From: an uncultured Actinomycetota bacterium
Lineage (GTDB): Bacteria > Actinomycetota > Actinomycetes > DATJPE01
Direction: 5' to 3'
Assembly (NCBI GenBank): GCA_963851405.1
Contig: CAWKPB010000001.1
Location: 279,707 to 343,706, forward strand
Length of the DNA: 64,000 nt
Every line of letters starts with the position of its first letter. Within the stretch, counting starts at the first letter, position 1. The notes beneath the pieces are model-generated. The model was not told the DNA's origin. It was given only the letters and a program-made list of their open reading frames with translations, and did not search any database. This document shows positions 18,702-30,575 of this stretch, in pieces. The translations under genes were made by a program, and so were the position numbers.

Positions 18702-19430
18702 TCAGTACACCGTGTACTTGATCGTCTTCCTGCTGTCGACGTAGTACTTCGTGCCCTTGAACTTGACGCGGGCCTTTCCACTCTTGGTGACCTTGACCTT
18801 GTCGAAGTTGAAAGTCGCCGTATTCGTCAGCCTGGTTGTCGCTAGCTTGACGAACTTGTCCGTGCCCTTCTTCTTGTACGACAAGATCACCTTCTTGCCC
18901 TTGACGTGCTTGTAGTGGGGGTAAAAACTCCCGTAGAACTTGACCTTCTGACCCTTCTTGGCCGAGCCCGGACTCGCGACCAAGCTCATCTTGGTCTGAT
19001 GAATGACCGTGAACTCGGCTTTCGCCACGTGCCGCTCGGTGTAGGTGATCCCGCTCTTGGGGAGGGCCTCGAACTTGACCCTGTATACGCCCGGGGGATT
19101 GGCGATGGTGGGCACGTACACGCGCGAGAAGGTCTTGGTGTTCCCAATGGTTACCGGGGTCGCATTCGAGGGCCCGTACTTGCCACCGCCCGGATACACG
19201 ATCGTCAGTTGGCCAATTCCAATGGTGTTGTCGGGGTCATCAAAAGCCGCCTCGAGGGTGGTACTGGGCTGGCTCGGGACTTTGACCTTGAGGAGGAGCT
19301 TCTTCGGCGTGGCTGTCGCAGAAATCGCCGTCGGTTCCGTCACTGCCGCTGAGGCGGTTGGTGCCAGAACGACACCGGACAACGAGACAGCTGAGGCAAC
19401 AACCATCGTCGTGAGAATTCTGCGGGGCAT
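18702..19430 (-). CDS. Secreted Lys/Tyr/Thr-rich protein of unknown function, compositionally atypical
   Basis: A signal peptide (MPRRILTTMVVASAVSLSGVVLAPTASA) is followed by a beta-strand-rich mature protein with a lysine-rich C-terminal half. Gene GC is about 55% against about 70% for the window. Confidence 0.65.
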   Translation of the reverse strand: MPRRILTTMVVASAVSLSGVVLAPTASAAVTEPTAISATATPKKLLLKVKVPSQPSTTLEAAFDDPDNTIGIGQLTIVYPGGGKYGPSNATPVTIGNTKTFSRVYVPTIANPPGVYRVKFEALPKSGITYTERHVAKAEFTVIHQTKMSLVASPGSAKKGQKVKFYGSFYPHYKHVKGKKVILSYKKKGTDKFVKLATTRLTNTATFNFDKVKVTKSGKARVKFKGTKYYVDSRKTIKYTVY

Positions 19431-19517
19431 GCGAGACTCCCGTCGTTGTTGGTCTGCTGCTACATGAACCTATGCCCGGAACTTCAGACCTGGCAAGGCT
19501 TTCACCCACACGTGGGA

Positions 19518-20474
19518 TTAGGTGGCCTCGGGAGCCACGACGTTCGCGGACGAAGCTGGGCGAGCACGTTGGGTCCAGACGACGCAGGCCAGCACGGCTC
19601 CCGCCGCCACAATGGTCGGCCATCCCACGACCTCGCCCAGCAGCAGGGTGGACCAAAGTAACGTGAGCAGCGGCTGAAGGAGCTGGACCTGCGAAGCCCT
19701 TGCTACGCCTGCGGAATTCAGCCCCGCGTACCAGGCGAAGAAGCCGAGATACATGGAGATCAGCGCGAGGTAGAGCAATGCGGCCACCGCGTCCGGATCG
19801 GCCACAGCTGGACCATCTTCAATGACCCCCGCAACTGTCGTCGTGACAACCGTCACCGGGAGCATCACGACCAGCACCCAAGAGACGACCTGCCACCCAG
19901 GCATGGAGCGCGTCATCACGGCCCCTTCGACATAGCCGAAGGCAGCGGCCAGCACGGCGCCGAGCAAGAGAAGATCCGCGACTAGGTCTCCCCCTCCGGC
20001 CCCGCCGCGCGTGAAAGCGAAGGCGATCAGGGCCGCCGTACCAGCCAGCGAGGCCAGCCAGAACGCACGCGGCGGATGCTCACCTGCCCGAAGCACCGCA
20101 AGCACGGCCGTAGCGATGGGTAATCCCGCAATCACGACCGCGGCGTGGGCCGACGTTGTGGACTGCAGAGCAATCGTCGTCAGGACGGGGAAGCCGATCA
20201 CGATGCCCAGCCCGATGGCCAGAAACGGCCGCAGTGCTGCCCGTCCCGGCCACGTGACCCGTGCCATCCGAAGGACGATGGCTGCGACGATCCCAGCGAT
20301 GACAGCTCGACCCATGGCGATCACGACGGGGTCGAACCCAGTGAGCGCCACCTTGGTGACCGGAAGGGTGAAGGAGAACATGACGACCGCGGCGAAAGCG
20401 AGGACCAGCCCGCGCGTGACGGGCGGCGTCGAGCGCCCCCCTGCCGGGGCTGCGCCCGGATCAGCCTTTGTCAC
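19518..20474 (-). CDS. EamA/DMT-family transporter
   Basis: It has about 10 transmembrane helices and duplicated EamA domains. The longest ORF start at 20531 would overlap the divergent DUF2461 start, so GTG 20474 is proposed. Confidence 0.6.
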   Translation of the reverse strand: MTKADPGAAPAGGRSTPPVTRGLVLAFAAVVMFSFTLPVTKVALTGFDPVVIAMGRAVIAGIVAAIVLRMARVTWPGRAALRPFLAIGLGIVIGFPVLTTIALQSTTSAHAAVVIAGLPIATAVLAVLRAGEHPPRAFWLASLAGTAALIAFAFTRGGAGGGDLVADLLLLGAVLAAAFGYVEGAVMTRSMPGWQVVSWVLVVMLPVTVVTTTVAGVIEDGPAVADPDAVAALLYLALISMYLGFFAWYAGLNSAGVARASQVQLLQPLLTLLWSTLLLGEVVGWPTIVAAGAVLACVVWTQRARPASSANVVAPEAT

Positions 20475-20514
20475 CGGGTCAGCGTAGGGATCGGGCGAGT
20501 GCGACGATGGCCGC

Positions 20515-21171
20515 GTGCATTTCACCGGCATCCCACCCGCGGCTTTCGACTTCTATGAGGCGCTGGCAGCGGACAACACCAAGTCCTGGTGGCTGGCCCA
20601 CAAGCCCGACTACGACACCGAGGTGCGCGCGCCGCTCGACGCCTTGCTGGCTGAGTTGGAGGAGGAGTTCGGCCACGCCCATCTGTTTCGCCCGTACCGC
20701 GATGTTCGGTTCGCCAAGGACAAGACTCCCTACAAGGACCACCAAGGTGCCTTCGTCGGCGTCGAGGACGCGATGGGCTACTACCTGCAGATCTCCGGGT
20801 CCGGCCTGATGGTCGCCGGAGGCTGGTACTCGCCGCAGGGCCGCCAGATTGATCGGTTCCGCGGTGTGATCGACGGGCCGGCCGGTGGTGAACTCGAACG
20901 GCTGCTGCCTACGCTGGCCCCGAAGCCATACACCATCGATAGCAACTCGCTGAAGACGCATCCGCGGGGATGGCCCGCGGACCATCCCCGCATCGAGCTG
21001 CTCCGGATGCGCCACCTCACACTGTCTCGCAGCTACTCAGCTGCCGCCTGGATGGGAACTCGTGAGGCCCTGAGCAGGGTCCGAAAGGACTGGCGCGCGA
21101 TGCGGCCCCTGGTGGAGTGGTTGGCCGACCACGTCGGCCCGGGTGAGGATCCGCGCGAGCCGGTCCATTGA
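20515..21171 (+). CDS. DUF2461 (TIGR02453) family conserved hypothetical protein
   Basis: The N-terminus (FTGIPPAAFDFYEALAADNTKSWW) and length of 218 aa match this family. Confidence 0.65.
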   Translation: MHFTGIPPAAFDFYEALAADNTKSWWLAHKPDYDTEVRAPLDALLAELEEEFGHAHLFRPYRDVRFAKDKTPYKDHQGAFVGVEDAMGYYLQISGSGLMVAGGWYSPQGRQIDRFRGVIDGPAGGELERLLPTLAPKPYTIDSNSLKTHPRGWPADHPRIELLRMRHLTLSRSYSAAAWMGTREALSRVRKDWRAMRPLVEWLADHVGPGEDPREPVH

Positions 21172-21890
21172 GTACGGCCGCCGAACACTGGCCCACCACC
21201 CGCCGCGCCATCCTGGGTGACTCGGTCGGTGTCGGGTTCGCCGTCGGTGCCTACGGGGTTTCCTTCGGCGCGCTCGCGGTGACCTCCGGACTGAGCGTCG
21301 CCCAAGCCTGCGCGCTGTCCCTTCTGGCCTTCACCGGCGGCTCGCAGTTCGCCTTCATCGGGGTGCTCGCAGCGGGCGGGTCGCCCTGGTCCGGTGCCGC
21401 GGCCGGGCTTCTGCTCGGCGTGCGCAACACGCTGTACGGCCTCCGGCTCGCCACCCTGCTCGGACTACGTCAGATCTGGAAGCGCGCCGCAGGCGCCCAG
21501 TTCGTCATCGACGAGACGACGGCCATGTCCACTCGGTTCGAGGATCCGGGCGACCCGCGGCCGGGGCGGCTCGCTTTCTGGGCCACGGGACTGACCATCT
21601 TCAGCATGTGGAACCTCGCCACCCTGGGTGGTGCGCTCACAGTCTCGGCGGTCGGTGATCCACGGGCCCTCGGCCTCGATGCGGCGGTCCCCGCAGCATT
21701 CCTCGCTTTGCTGTGGCCGCAACTGACCACACGCACGACGCGCCTCGTGGCCGCCGGTGGGGCCGCCGTCGCCTTGGCGCTGACGCCGCTCCTCCCGCCG
21801 GGGATCCCCGTGCTCGCCGCGGGCTTGGTCGCCGTTGCAGTGGGCCTACGCCAGGTCCGGACCCCCGATGAAGCGGTGGCGGGCCCGTGA
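21168..21890 (+). CDS. azlC: AzlC-family branched-chain amino acid exporter subunit
   Basis: It is a 240-aa membrane protein followed, with a 4-nt overlap, by a small AzlD-like partner. Confidence 0.7.
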   Translation: MSTAAEHWPTTRRAILGDSVGVGFAVGAYGVSFGALAVTSGLSVAQACALSLLAFTGGSQFAFIGVLAAGGSPWSGAAAGLLLGVRNTLYGLRLATLLGLRQIWKRAAGAQFVIDETTAMSTRFEDPGDPRPGRLAFWATGLTIFSMWNLATLGGALTVSAVGDPRALGLDAAVPAAFLALLWPQLTTRTTRLVAAGGAAVALALTPLLPPGIPVLAAGLVAVAVGLRQVRTPDEAVAGP

Positions 21891-22201
21891 CGCTGACCTG
21901 GGCTGCAGTGCTCGTCATGGCCGGGGGGTGCTACGCGCTCAAACTGACCGGGTTGTCCGTGCCCCAGCAGGTCCTCGACTCACCACGGGTCCGTGCCGTC
22001 GCGGTTCTGCTACCCATCGCCCTGCTGGCCGCGCTGACCGCCGTCCAGACCTTCTCCGACGGGCGCGGGCTCACCCTCGACGCGCGGGCGGCCGGCGTCG
22101 CAGCAGCGACCGTTGCCTTGGCCCTTCGAGCGCCGTTCCTCGTCGTCATCGTGGTCGCCGCGCTGGTCGCCGCGGGCGTCCGCGCTCTGGGGGTGGGCTG
22201 A
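21887..22201 (+). CDS. azlD: AzlD-family small membrane protein
   Basis: It is 104 aa with hydrophobic helices and overlaps azlC by 4 nt. Confidence 0.65.
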   Translation: MTLTWAAVLVMAGGCYALKLTGLSVPQQVLDSPRVRAVAVLLPIALLAALTAVQTFSDGRGLTLDARAAGVAAATVALALRAPFLVVIVVAALVAAGVRALGVG

Positions 22202-22761
22202 TGCCCAGCGGATGGAAGTTCTGGCCCGAACGCGAGCCCGGGCCCGTGGACGATGCCTTCATCCAGACGAAGTGGGTTCGGCCGTATCGACCTGGACCCC
22301 TTCGGCTGGCTGCTCTGGTGATTCTGTGGGCGCTCGCGGCCTACGCCTGTTTCGCCGGCTATCTGGCGATCACCGCGGAACCCACCCTGGCCGGACGACT
22401 GATCGGGCTCGCGCTCACCTTGGTCATCGCTGGTTCTCTGGCCTTGTTCGGGGCTCGAGTCCTGTCCGCGGGAGTGTGGGTCAACGACTTCGGCGTGCGG
22501 ACGCTGGGGATCGGAAGGTCGGACACCTTCGACTGGGATCACGTGGCCGACGTGCGGCGGGTTCGGGGGGAAGCCCGAGTCCTCGGCCTGCCGTGGCGAT
22601 CAACGGGAGAAACCGTGTGGCTCGTGCTCAAGGACGGAACTGATCGGGAGACCCCCCTCACCAATCACAGCCCGGATTTTCTGGCTAGAGGCGAGGCCTT
22701 CGACATGGCAGCGACGGCCATCGAGCGTTGGTTCGAAGAAACCCGCCCCGAGCAGGTCTGA
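22201..22761 (+). CDS. Membrane protein with two transmembrane helices and a bacterial PH-like C-terminal domain (hypothetical)
   Basis: The ORF is 186 aa. Its start overlaps the azlD stop (TGATG). Confidence 0.5.
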   Translation: MPSGWKFWPEREPGPVDDAFIQTKWVRPYRPGPLRLAALVILWALAAYACFAGYLAITAEPTLAGRLIGLALTLVIAGSLALFGARVLSAGVWVNDFGVRTLGIGRSDTFDWDHVADVRRVRGEARVLGLPWRSTGETVWLVLKDGTDRETPLTNHSPDFLARGEAFDMAATAIERWFEETRPEQV

Positions 22762-22764
22762 CTC

Positions 22765-23307
22765 GTGCCTGAATTCTCGTGGCGCCGAGTCACCGAAACA
22801 GACTTTCCGTTGCTCCAGGACTGGATGGCACGTCCCCATATCCATCGCTGGTGGCAGCACGACTCCACGGCCGACGCCGTGCGCAAGGACTTCGGGGCTG
22901 CTGCCACCGGTGAGGTGCGAGCCGACGATCTGCTCGTCTCCCTTGACCAACGGCCCTTTGGGTTGGTCCAGCGATCGATCATGTCCGACTACCCGGAGTA
23001 CCTAGCCGAGCTGGAACCGTGGGTCGCCGTACCCGAGGGGGCGTTAACCCTGGACTATCTGGTCGCGGACCAGGCCGACACCCACAGAGGTCTGGGAACC
23101 GAAATGGTGAAACAGGTGCTTGGTCAGTCGTGGCAGGACTATCCGCAGGCGCCCGTCGTCATCACCCCCGTGGTCGCAACCAATCGGCCGTCCTGGCGAC
23201 TTCTCGAACGGGTCGGGATGACCCGGATCGCGCACGCAGATCTGGAGCCGGAGAACCCCGATGATCCACGATTGCACTACGTGTACCGCGTGGGGCGACC
23301 CCTTTGA
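22765..23307 (+). CDS. GNAT-family N-acetyltransferase (Acetyltransf_8 / aminoglycoside 6'-N-acetyltransferase-like)
   Basis: It is 180 aa with WW..D and GNAT core motifs. It converges on the dapB 3' end. Confidence 0.55.
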   Translation: MPEFSWRRVTETDFPLLQDWMARPHIHRWWQHDSTADAVRKDFGAAATGEVRADDLLVSLDQRPFGLVQRSIMSDYPEYLAELEPWVAVPEGALTLDYLVADQADTHRGLGTEMVKQVLGQSWQDYPQAPVVITPVVATNRPSWRLLERVGMTRIAHADLEPENPDDPRLHYVYRVGRPL

Positions 23308-23319
23308 CCGCGGGCGAGC

Positions 23320-25447
<2,128 letters not shown>

Positions 25448-25460
25448 CGGGCGCGTCGCC

Positions 25461-27695
25461 TCAGTCGCCAGCCGATTCGCCGCTGCTCGCCTCGTCGGCA
25501 CCGTCGATGACCGGGTGCAGAGAAAGCTTGCCGCGGCTGTCGACCTCGGCGATCTCGACCTGAACCTTGTCTCCGACGTTAACGACGTCCTCGACGTTCT
25601 CGACGCGCTTCCCGCCTGCCATCTTGCGGAGCTGGCTGATGTGCAGCAGTCCGTCACGGCCGGGCATCAGCGAGACGAAGGCACCGAACGTGGTCGTCTT
25701 CACCACGGTGCCGAGGTAGCGCTCGCCAACTTCGGGCATCTGTGGATTGGCGATCGCGTTGATCATCGCTCGGGCAGCCTCGGCCTTCGGGCCGTCGGTG
25801 GCACCGATGTAGATGGTCCCATCGTCCTCGATCGAGATCTCCGCGCCGGTCTCGTCCTGGATCTGGTTGATCATCTTGCCCTTGGGGCCGATGACCGCAC
25901 CGATCTGGTCGGTCGGGATCTTCACGGTGATGATCCGGGGTGCATGCGGGGACATCTCGTCCGGCGCGTCGATGGCCTCGGCCATCACATCCAGAATCGC
26001 CAACCGAGCATCCTTCGCCTGGGTCAGCGCGCCAGCGAGCACCGACGCGGGGATGCCGTCGAGCTTGGTATCGAGCTGGAGAGCCGTGACGAAGTCCCTG
26101 GTGCCGGCGACCTTGAAGTCCATGTCGCCGAAGGCGTCCTCAGCTCCGAGGATGTCGGTCAGAGCGACATACTCCGTCGTCCCGTCGACCGTGTCTGAGA
26201 TCAGGCCCATCGCGATGCCCGCGACCGGAGCCTTGAGCGGAACCCCGGCATTCAGCAACGACATGGTCGATGCGCAGACCGAGCCCATCGACGTCGAGCC
26301 GTTGGAGCCCAGTGCCTCCGAAACCTGCCGGATAGCGTAGGGGAACTCCTCGCGCGGGGGAAGAACCGGAAGCAGAGCACGCTCGGCGAGCGCGCCGTGA
26401 CCGATCTCGCGGCGCTTCGGCGAACCCACTCGGCCGGTCTCACCGGTGGAGTACGGCGGGAAGTTGTAGTTGTGCATGTAGCGCTTGCGGGTCTCCGGCG
26501 CCAGGGTGTCGAGCATCTGCTCCATGCGGAGCATGTTGAGCGTGGTGACGCCGAGGATCTGCGTCTCCCCTCGCTCGAACAAGGCCGAGCCGTGCACCCG
26601 CGGCAGCACCTCGACCTCAGCAGCGAGGGTACGGATGTCGCTGAGTCCCCGGCCATCGATGCGCACCTTGTCGCGAAGCACGCGCTGGCGTACGAGCGAC
26701 TTCGTGAGCGAGCGGTAGGCAGCGCCGATTTCCTTCTCGCGACCCTCGAAGTTCGGACCGACCTGCTCGACGGCGAGCGCCTTGAGCCGGTCGAGCTCAC
26801 CCTCGCGCTCTTGCTTGCCAGCGATGGTCAGGGCAGCGGCCAGCGGCTCGGAAACCGCAGCGGACACAGCGGCCAAGACATCGTCTTGGTAGTCGGGGTA
26901 CAGCGGGAAGCTGCCCGTCTCCTTCGCGGCCACGTCAGCCACCTGCTGCTGAGCGGCACACAAAATCGCGATGAACGGCTTCGCTGCGTCCAGGCCCTGC
27001 GCCACGATCTCTTCGGTGGGCGCGACTGCACCCTCAGAGACGAGGTTGACCGTGGACGTCGTGGCCTCAGCCTCGACCATCATGATCGCGACGTCGTGTC
27101 CGTCCGCGGTCTCCACCACACGACCGGCTACGACCATGTCGAACACTGCGGTCTCGAGCTGTTCGTGGGTTGGGAAGGCCACCCACTGACCTTCGATGAG
27201 GGCCACGCGAACGCCCCCGATCGGACCGCTGAACGGCAGCCCGGCGATCTGGGTCGACATCGACGCAGCGTTGATCGCCACGACGTCGTAGAGGTCCTTG
27301 GGGTCAAGTGACATGACCGTCACGACCACCTGGATCTCGTTGCGCAGGCCCTTGGTGAACGAGGGACGCAGCGGCCGGTCGATCAGGCGGCAGGTGAGGA
27401 TGGCGTCCTCGGACGGACGCCCTTCACGCCGGAAGAACGACCCGGGGATGCGGCCAGCGGCGTACATCCGCTCTTCGACGTCGACCGTCAGCGGGAAGAA
27501 GTCCAGTTGGTCCTTGGGCTTCTTGGACGCGGTGGTCGCCGCGAGCAGCGCCGTTTCGCCGTCGAGCGTGACATAGGTCGAGCCGGCAGCCTGGCGGGCC
27601 AGCCGTCCGGTCTCGAAGGTGATGGTGCGTGTGCCGAAACGACCGTTGTCGATGATCGCGTCGGCGGAGGTGATGATTTCTTCGGGACCCGGCAC
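25461..27695 (-). CDS. pnp: Polyribonucleotide nucleotidyltransferase (PNPase / guanosine pentaphosphate synthetase)
   Basis: It is 744 aa with two RNase PH domains, a KH domain and a C-terminal S1 domain. A GTG start has an AGGAGG ribosome-binding site about 6 nt upstream. Confidence 0.9.
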   Translation of the reverse strand: MPGPEEIITSADAIIDNGRFGTRTITFETGRLARQAAGSTYVTLDGETALLAATTASKKPKDQLDFFPLTVDVEERMYAAGRIPGSFFRREGRPSEDAILTCRLIDRPLRPSFTKGLRNEIQVVVTVMSLDPKDLYDVVAINAASMSTQIAGLPFSGPIGGVRVALIEGQWVAFPTHEQLETAVFDMVVAGRVVETADGHDVAIMMVEAEATTSTVNLVSEGAVAPTEEIVAQGLDAAKPFIAILCAAQQQVADVAAKETGSFPLYPDYQDDVLAAVSAAVSEPLAAALTIAGKQEREGELDRLKALAVEQVGPNFEGREKEIGAAYRSLTKSLVRQRVLRDKVRIDGRGLSDIRTLAAEVEVLPRVHGSALFERGETQILGVTTLNMLRMEQMLDTLAPETRKRYMHNYNFPPYSTGETGRVGSPKRREIGHGALAERALLPVLPPREEFPYAIRQVSEALGSNGSTSMGSVCASTMSLLNAGVPLKAPVAGIAMGLISDTVDGTTEYVALTDILGAEDAFGDMDFKVAGTRDFVTALQLDTKLDGIPASVLAGALTQAKDARLAILDVMAEAIDAPDEMSPHAPRIITVKIPTDQIGAVIGPKGKMINQIQDETGAEISIEDDGTIYIGATDGPKAEAARAMINAIANPQMPEVGERYLGTVVKTTTFGAFVSLMPGRDGLLHISQLRKMAGGKRVENVEDVVNVGDKVQVEIAEVDSRGKLSLHPVIDGADEASSGESAGD

Positions 27696-27923
27696 GGGTG
27701 CCCTCCTTCATACGTCTGGGGGCGACGTACGTCGGATGCGGATGGTGGCCCGTCGGTCTTCGATCGAGGCTCTCGGGGCGGAGGCGCGCGTGGCGCGCAT
27801 CCTCCCGAAGGCCACTACCGAGGACCGACCGCCGCCGGTCGGTGCATCCGGCCTACGCGATCGCCCCTGGTGGGGGATGGTGCGGATAGTGCGGGTGGAA
27901 CGAGTAGCGCTGTGGGCGCAGGA
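27696..27923 (-). promoter_or_regulatory. rpsO-pnp intergenic leader with strong stem-loops (candidate rpsO terminator and pnp autoregulatory/RNase III hairpin) plus the pnp ribosome-binding site
   Basis: Inverted repeats accgaccg-ccgc-cggtcggt and ggaggcgcgc-gtg-gcgcgc(at)cctcc are read from the sequence. The position is analogous to the E. coli pnp leader. Confidence 0.4.
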
Positions 27924-28193
27924 CTAGCGGCGCAGACCGAGCCGCTCGATGAGCGTGCGGTAGCGCGTGATGTCCTTCGCCTGGAGGTACTTGAGCAGCC
28001 GACGGCGGCGTCCGACGAGCAGCAGGAGCCCGCGGCGGCTGTGGTGATCGTGCTTGTGCGTCTTCAGGTGCTCGGTGAGCTCCAGGATCCGCGTGGTGAG
28101 CAGGGCGACCTGGACCTCAGGGGATCCGGTGTCACCGTCGACCGTTGCGTACTCGGCCATGATGGACTTCTTGGCATCGGTGTCGAGCGACAT
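27924..28193 (-). CDS. rpsO: 30S ribosomal protein S15
   Basis: It is 89 aa with strong S15 similarity ([19 protein letters not shown]). Confidence 0.9.
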   Translation of the reverse strand: MSLDTDAKKSIMAEYATVDGDTGSPEVQVALLTTRILELTEHLKTHKHDHHSRRGLLLLVGRRRRLLKYLQAKDITRYRTLIERLGLRR

Positions 28194-28309
28194 CGAGAAC
28201 CCTTCTTTGATCGTTGCGCGGCGCGCCGGGGCAGGTCCACCCGGGCTCTCTCAAGATCCGCGGCCGTCAAACGGCAGGTTGCCAGGGTATCAGCGCAGGC
28301 CAGGGGGCC

Positions 28310-29239
28310 CTAACCGAGCAGTTCACGGGTCCGACGGACATCATCGGCCATCTGCTCGAGCAACGCGTCAACCGACCCGAACCGCTGGGTGTCGCGCAGC
28401 CGGTGAGCGAAATCGAGGGCGACCGCCTCGCCGTACAGGTTGATGGAGTCCTGGTCCAGCACGAAGGCTTCGACCCGGCGCTCGGAGCCGTCGAAGGTGG
28501 GGTTGGTCCCGATGCTGATGGCCGCCATGAGCCGGCTGCCATCGGCCCGCACCAAGGTGCCGGCGTAGACGCCATCGGCGGGGACCGCGAGATGGCGGGC
28601 CAAGGCCAGGTTGGCGGTCGGATAGCCCAGTTCGCGTCCGCGGTGATCGCCGTGGACGACGACACCCTCCAGTCGATAGGGACGGCCAAGCGCCTCGGCG
28701 GCGGCCTCGATATCCCCTTCCGCGACGCATTGGCGGACGTACGTCGAGGACCAGGTCACCCCTCGCTGGCCGATCAGCCCCAGCCCCTCGGTCTCGAAGC
28801 CGTTCTGCGCCCCGAGCTGTTCCAGGAGCGCGACCGTGCCGACCGCCCGGTGCCCGAAGCGGAAGTTGGCTCCGACCACAACCACCTGCGCTCGGAGGGC
28901 CTCGACGAGCACCTGATGGACGAACTCCTCCGGGGTCAACCGCGACAACGAGGTGGAGAAGTGCAGAACCAGGACCCCGTCAGCCCCGGCCCCGCGCAAG
29001 AGCTCCGCCCGGTGGTCCACTGTGGCCAGCATGGCTGGGTGGCTCCCCGGTCGGACCACTTCTGAGGGGTGCGGATCGAAGGTCACTACGACCACCGGGA
29101 TCCCACCCGCTGCGGCCGCCCGCTCGCACGCTCGGTCGAGGATCTGTCGATGACCGAGATGAACGCCGTCGAAGACGCCGATCGTGACGACCGTGGGACC
29201 GAGTTCGAACGGCACTTCGTCGATGCCGCGCCAGGTCAT
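28310..29239 (-). CDS. ribF: Bifunctional riboflavin kinase / FMN adenylyltransferase
   Basis: The FAD synthetase motif GVFDGVHLGH and a C-terminal riboflavin kinase domain are present. ATG 29239 gives 310 aa; the longest ORF reaches 29467. Confidence 0.85.
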   Translation of the reverse strand: MTWRGIDEVPFELGPTVVTIGVFDGVHLGHRQILDRACERAAAAGGIPVVVVTFDPHPSEVVRPGSHPAMLATVDHRAELLRGAGADGVLVLHFSTSLSRLTPEEFVHQVLVEALRAQVVVVGANFRFGHRAVGTVALLEQLGAQNGFETEGLGLIGQRGVTWSSTYVRQCVAEGDIEAAAEALGRPYRLEGVVVHGDHRGRELGYPTANLALARHLAVPADGVYAGTLVRADGSRLMAAISIGTNPTFDGSERRVEAFVLDQDSINLYGEAVALDFAHRLRDTQRFGSVDALLEQMADDVRRTRELLG

Positions 29240-29331
29240 GGAAGGACTCACGCCCCGAAGCCTGCCACCTGGCCATGTTTCCCTCGGGCCCAGAGGCTCT
29301 CGAGCGGATGATCGGACCACCTCCGGGGCGG

Positions 29332-29664
29332 TCAGCGGCTCTTCGTCAGGTCGACCGCCAGGCTCAGGGCGACGGTGTCGCCCACGTGCAGGTCCTCCGC
29401 CTGGCGCACGAAATCCTTGATCGGGACGACGTAGCCCCCGTCCTTGGGAAACAGAGAGGTGGACCACTTGGTCTCCCCCGCCTCTGCCCTGACTGGGATC
29501 ATTCCCCAGCCGTAACTGACCAAAGAAGAGACCGCGTCCAGCTCGGCAGCTTCGGCATCAGGGACGGTGACGAAGTGATAGGGCGCGGGACCGCGCCACG
29601 ACCAGAGCAGGCCAGTGAACCTCAGACGCACGAGGCCAGCGTACGAGCCCTGGACTCGCGTCAC
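29332..29664 (-). CDS. DUF1905 domain protein
   Basis: It is 110 aa with PYHFVTVP and TKWSTSLFP motifs. It overlaps the truB stop by 4 nt. Confidence 0.6.
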   Translation of the reverse strand: MTRVQGSYAGLVRLRFTGLLWSWRGPAPYHFVTVPDAEAAELDAVSSLVSYGWGMIPVRAEAGETKWSTSLFPKDGGYVVPIKDFVRQAEDLHVGDTVALSLAVDLTKSR

Positions 29665-30575
29665 GCGGGAGTGAGGACGACCAGAGTGCGTAGCCAGCCG
29701 TCCCTTGGTTCCATCACCGCCACGGCGTGACCGTCCGGAGCGAAGGCCCCCGTCAATCCGGTCTCCCCCGACAGCTCCAACCGACCACCGTGCGCCACGC
29801 TCCTCGCCTGCTCCTCATCCAGCTCCCGCCGGGGGTATGTCAGGTCCACGACCGCGTCGACGGGCACGAACGACCATGACCGCTCGAGCTGCTCCAGCGT
29901 GAGCGCCGCGTCCAGTCCGAACGGCCCGACGCGGGTGCGCCGCAGCGCCGTCAGGTGACCCCCGACTCCGAGACTCTCCCCAAGGTCGCGCGCCAGCGCT
30001 CTGACATACGTGCCCGTCGAGCACTCGACGACCACATCCAGGTCAATCGGCTCGCCCGGATCGGAACGTCGGACCTCGACCACGTCGAAACGGGTAACCG
30101 TGACGGAGCGGGGTGCCAGTTGTACGTCTTCACCGGCGCGAACCCGCGCGTAGGCGCGCTTCCCCTCCACCTTCACGGCGCTGACCGCAGACGGGACCTG
30201 ATCAATCGATCCGGTGAGCGACGCGACGGCCTCCGCCAATCCGTCGTCGGTCACCGCCGCCAAGGACGAGGGACTGGCCGACGCGACCACATCACCTTCG
30301 GCGTCATCGGTGACCGTCGACGCACCGAGCCTGATCGTGGCCAGGTAGCTCTTGTCAGTCAGCGCGAGGTGCCCCAACAGCTTCGTGGCACGCTCGATCC
30401 CCAAGACGAGGACCCCGGTCGCCATCGGGTCGAGCGTGCCGGCGTGACCGACGCGTCTCGTGCCTGCCAGCCGCCGAACCCGACCCACGACATCGTGCGA
30501 GGTCCAGTCAGCTGGCTTGTCGACCACCACCACTCCTGGCGGAGGCGCCGGTCGCGCAGTTGAGGCCACGCTCAA
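29661..30575 (-). CDS. truB: tRNA pseudouridine(55) synthase
   Basis: The catalytic-Asp motif GHAGTLDP is present in 304 aa, with a PUA-like C-terminus. Confidence 0.9.
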   Translation of the reverse strand: MSVASTARPAPPPGVVVVDKPADWTSHDVVGRVRRLAGTRRVGHAGTLDPMATGVLVLGIERATKLLGHLALTDKSYLATIRLGASTVTDDAEGDVVASASPSSLAAVTDDGLAEAVASLTGSIDQVPSAVSAVKVEGKRAYARVRAGEDVQLAPRSVTVTRFDVVEVRRSDPGEPIDLDVVVECSTGTYVRALARDLGESLGVGGHLTALRRTRVGPFGLDAALTLEQLERSWSFVPVDAVVDLTYPRRELDEEQARSVAHGGRLELSGETGLTGAFAPDGHAVAVMEPRDGWLRTLVVLTPA

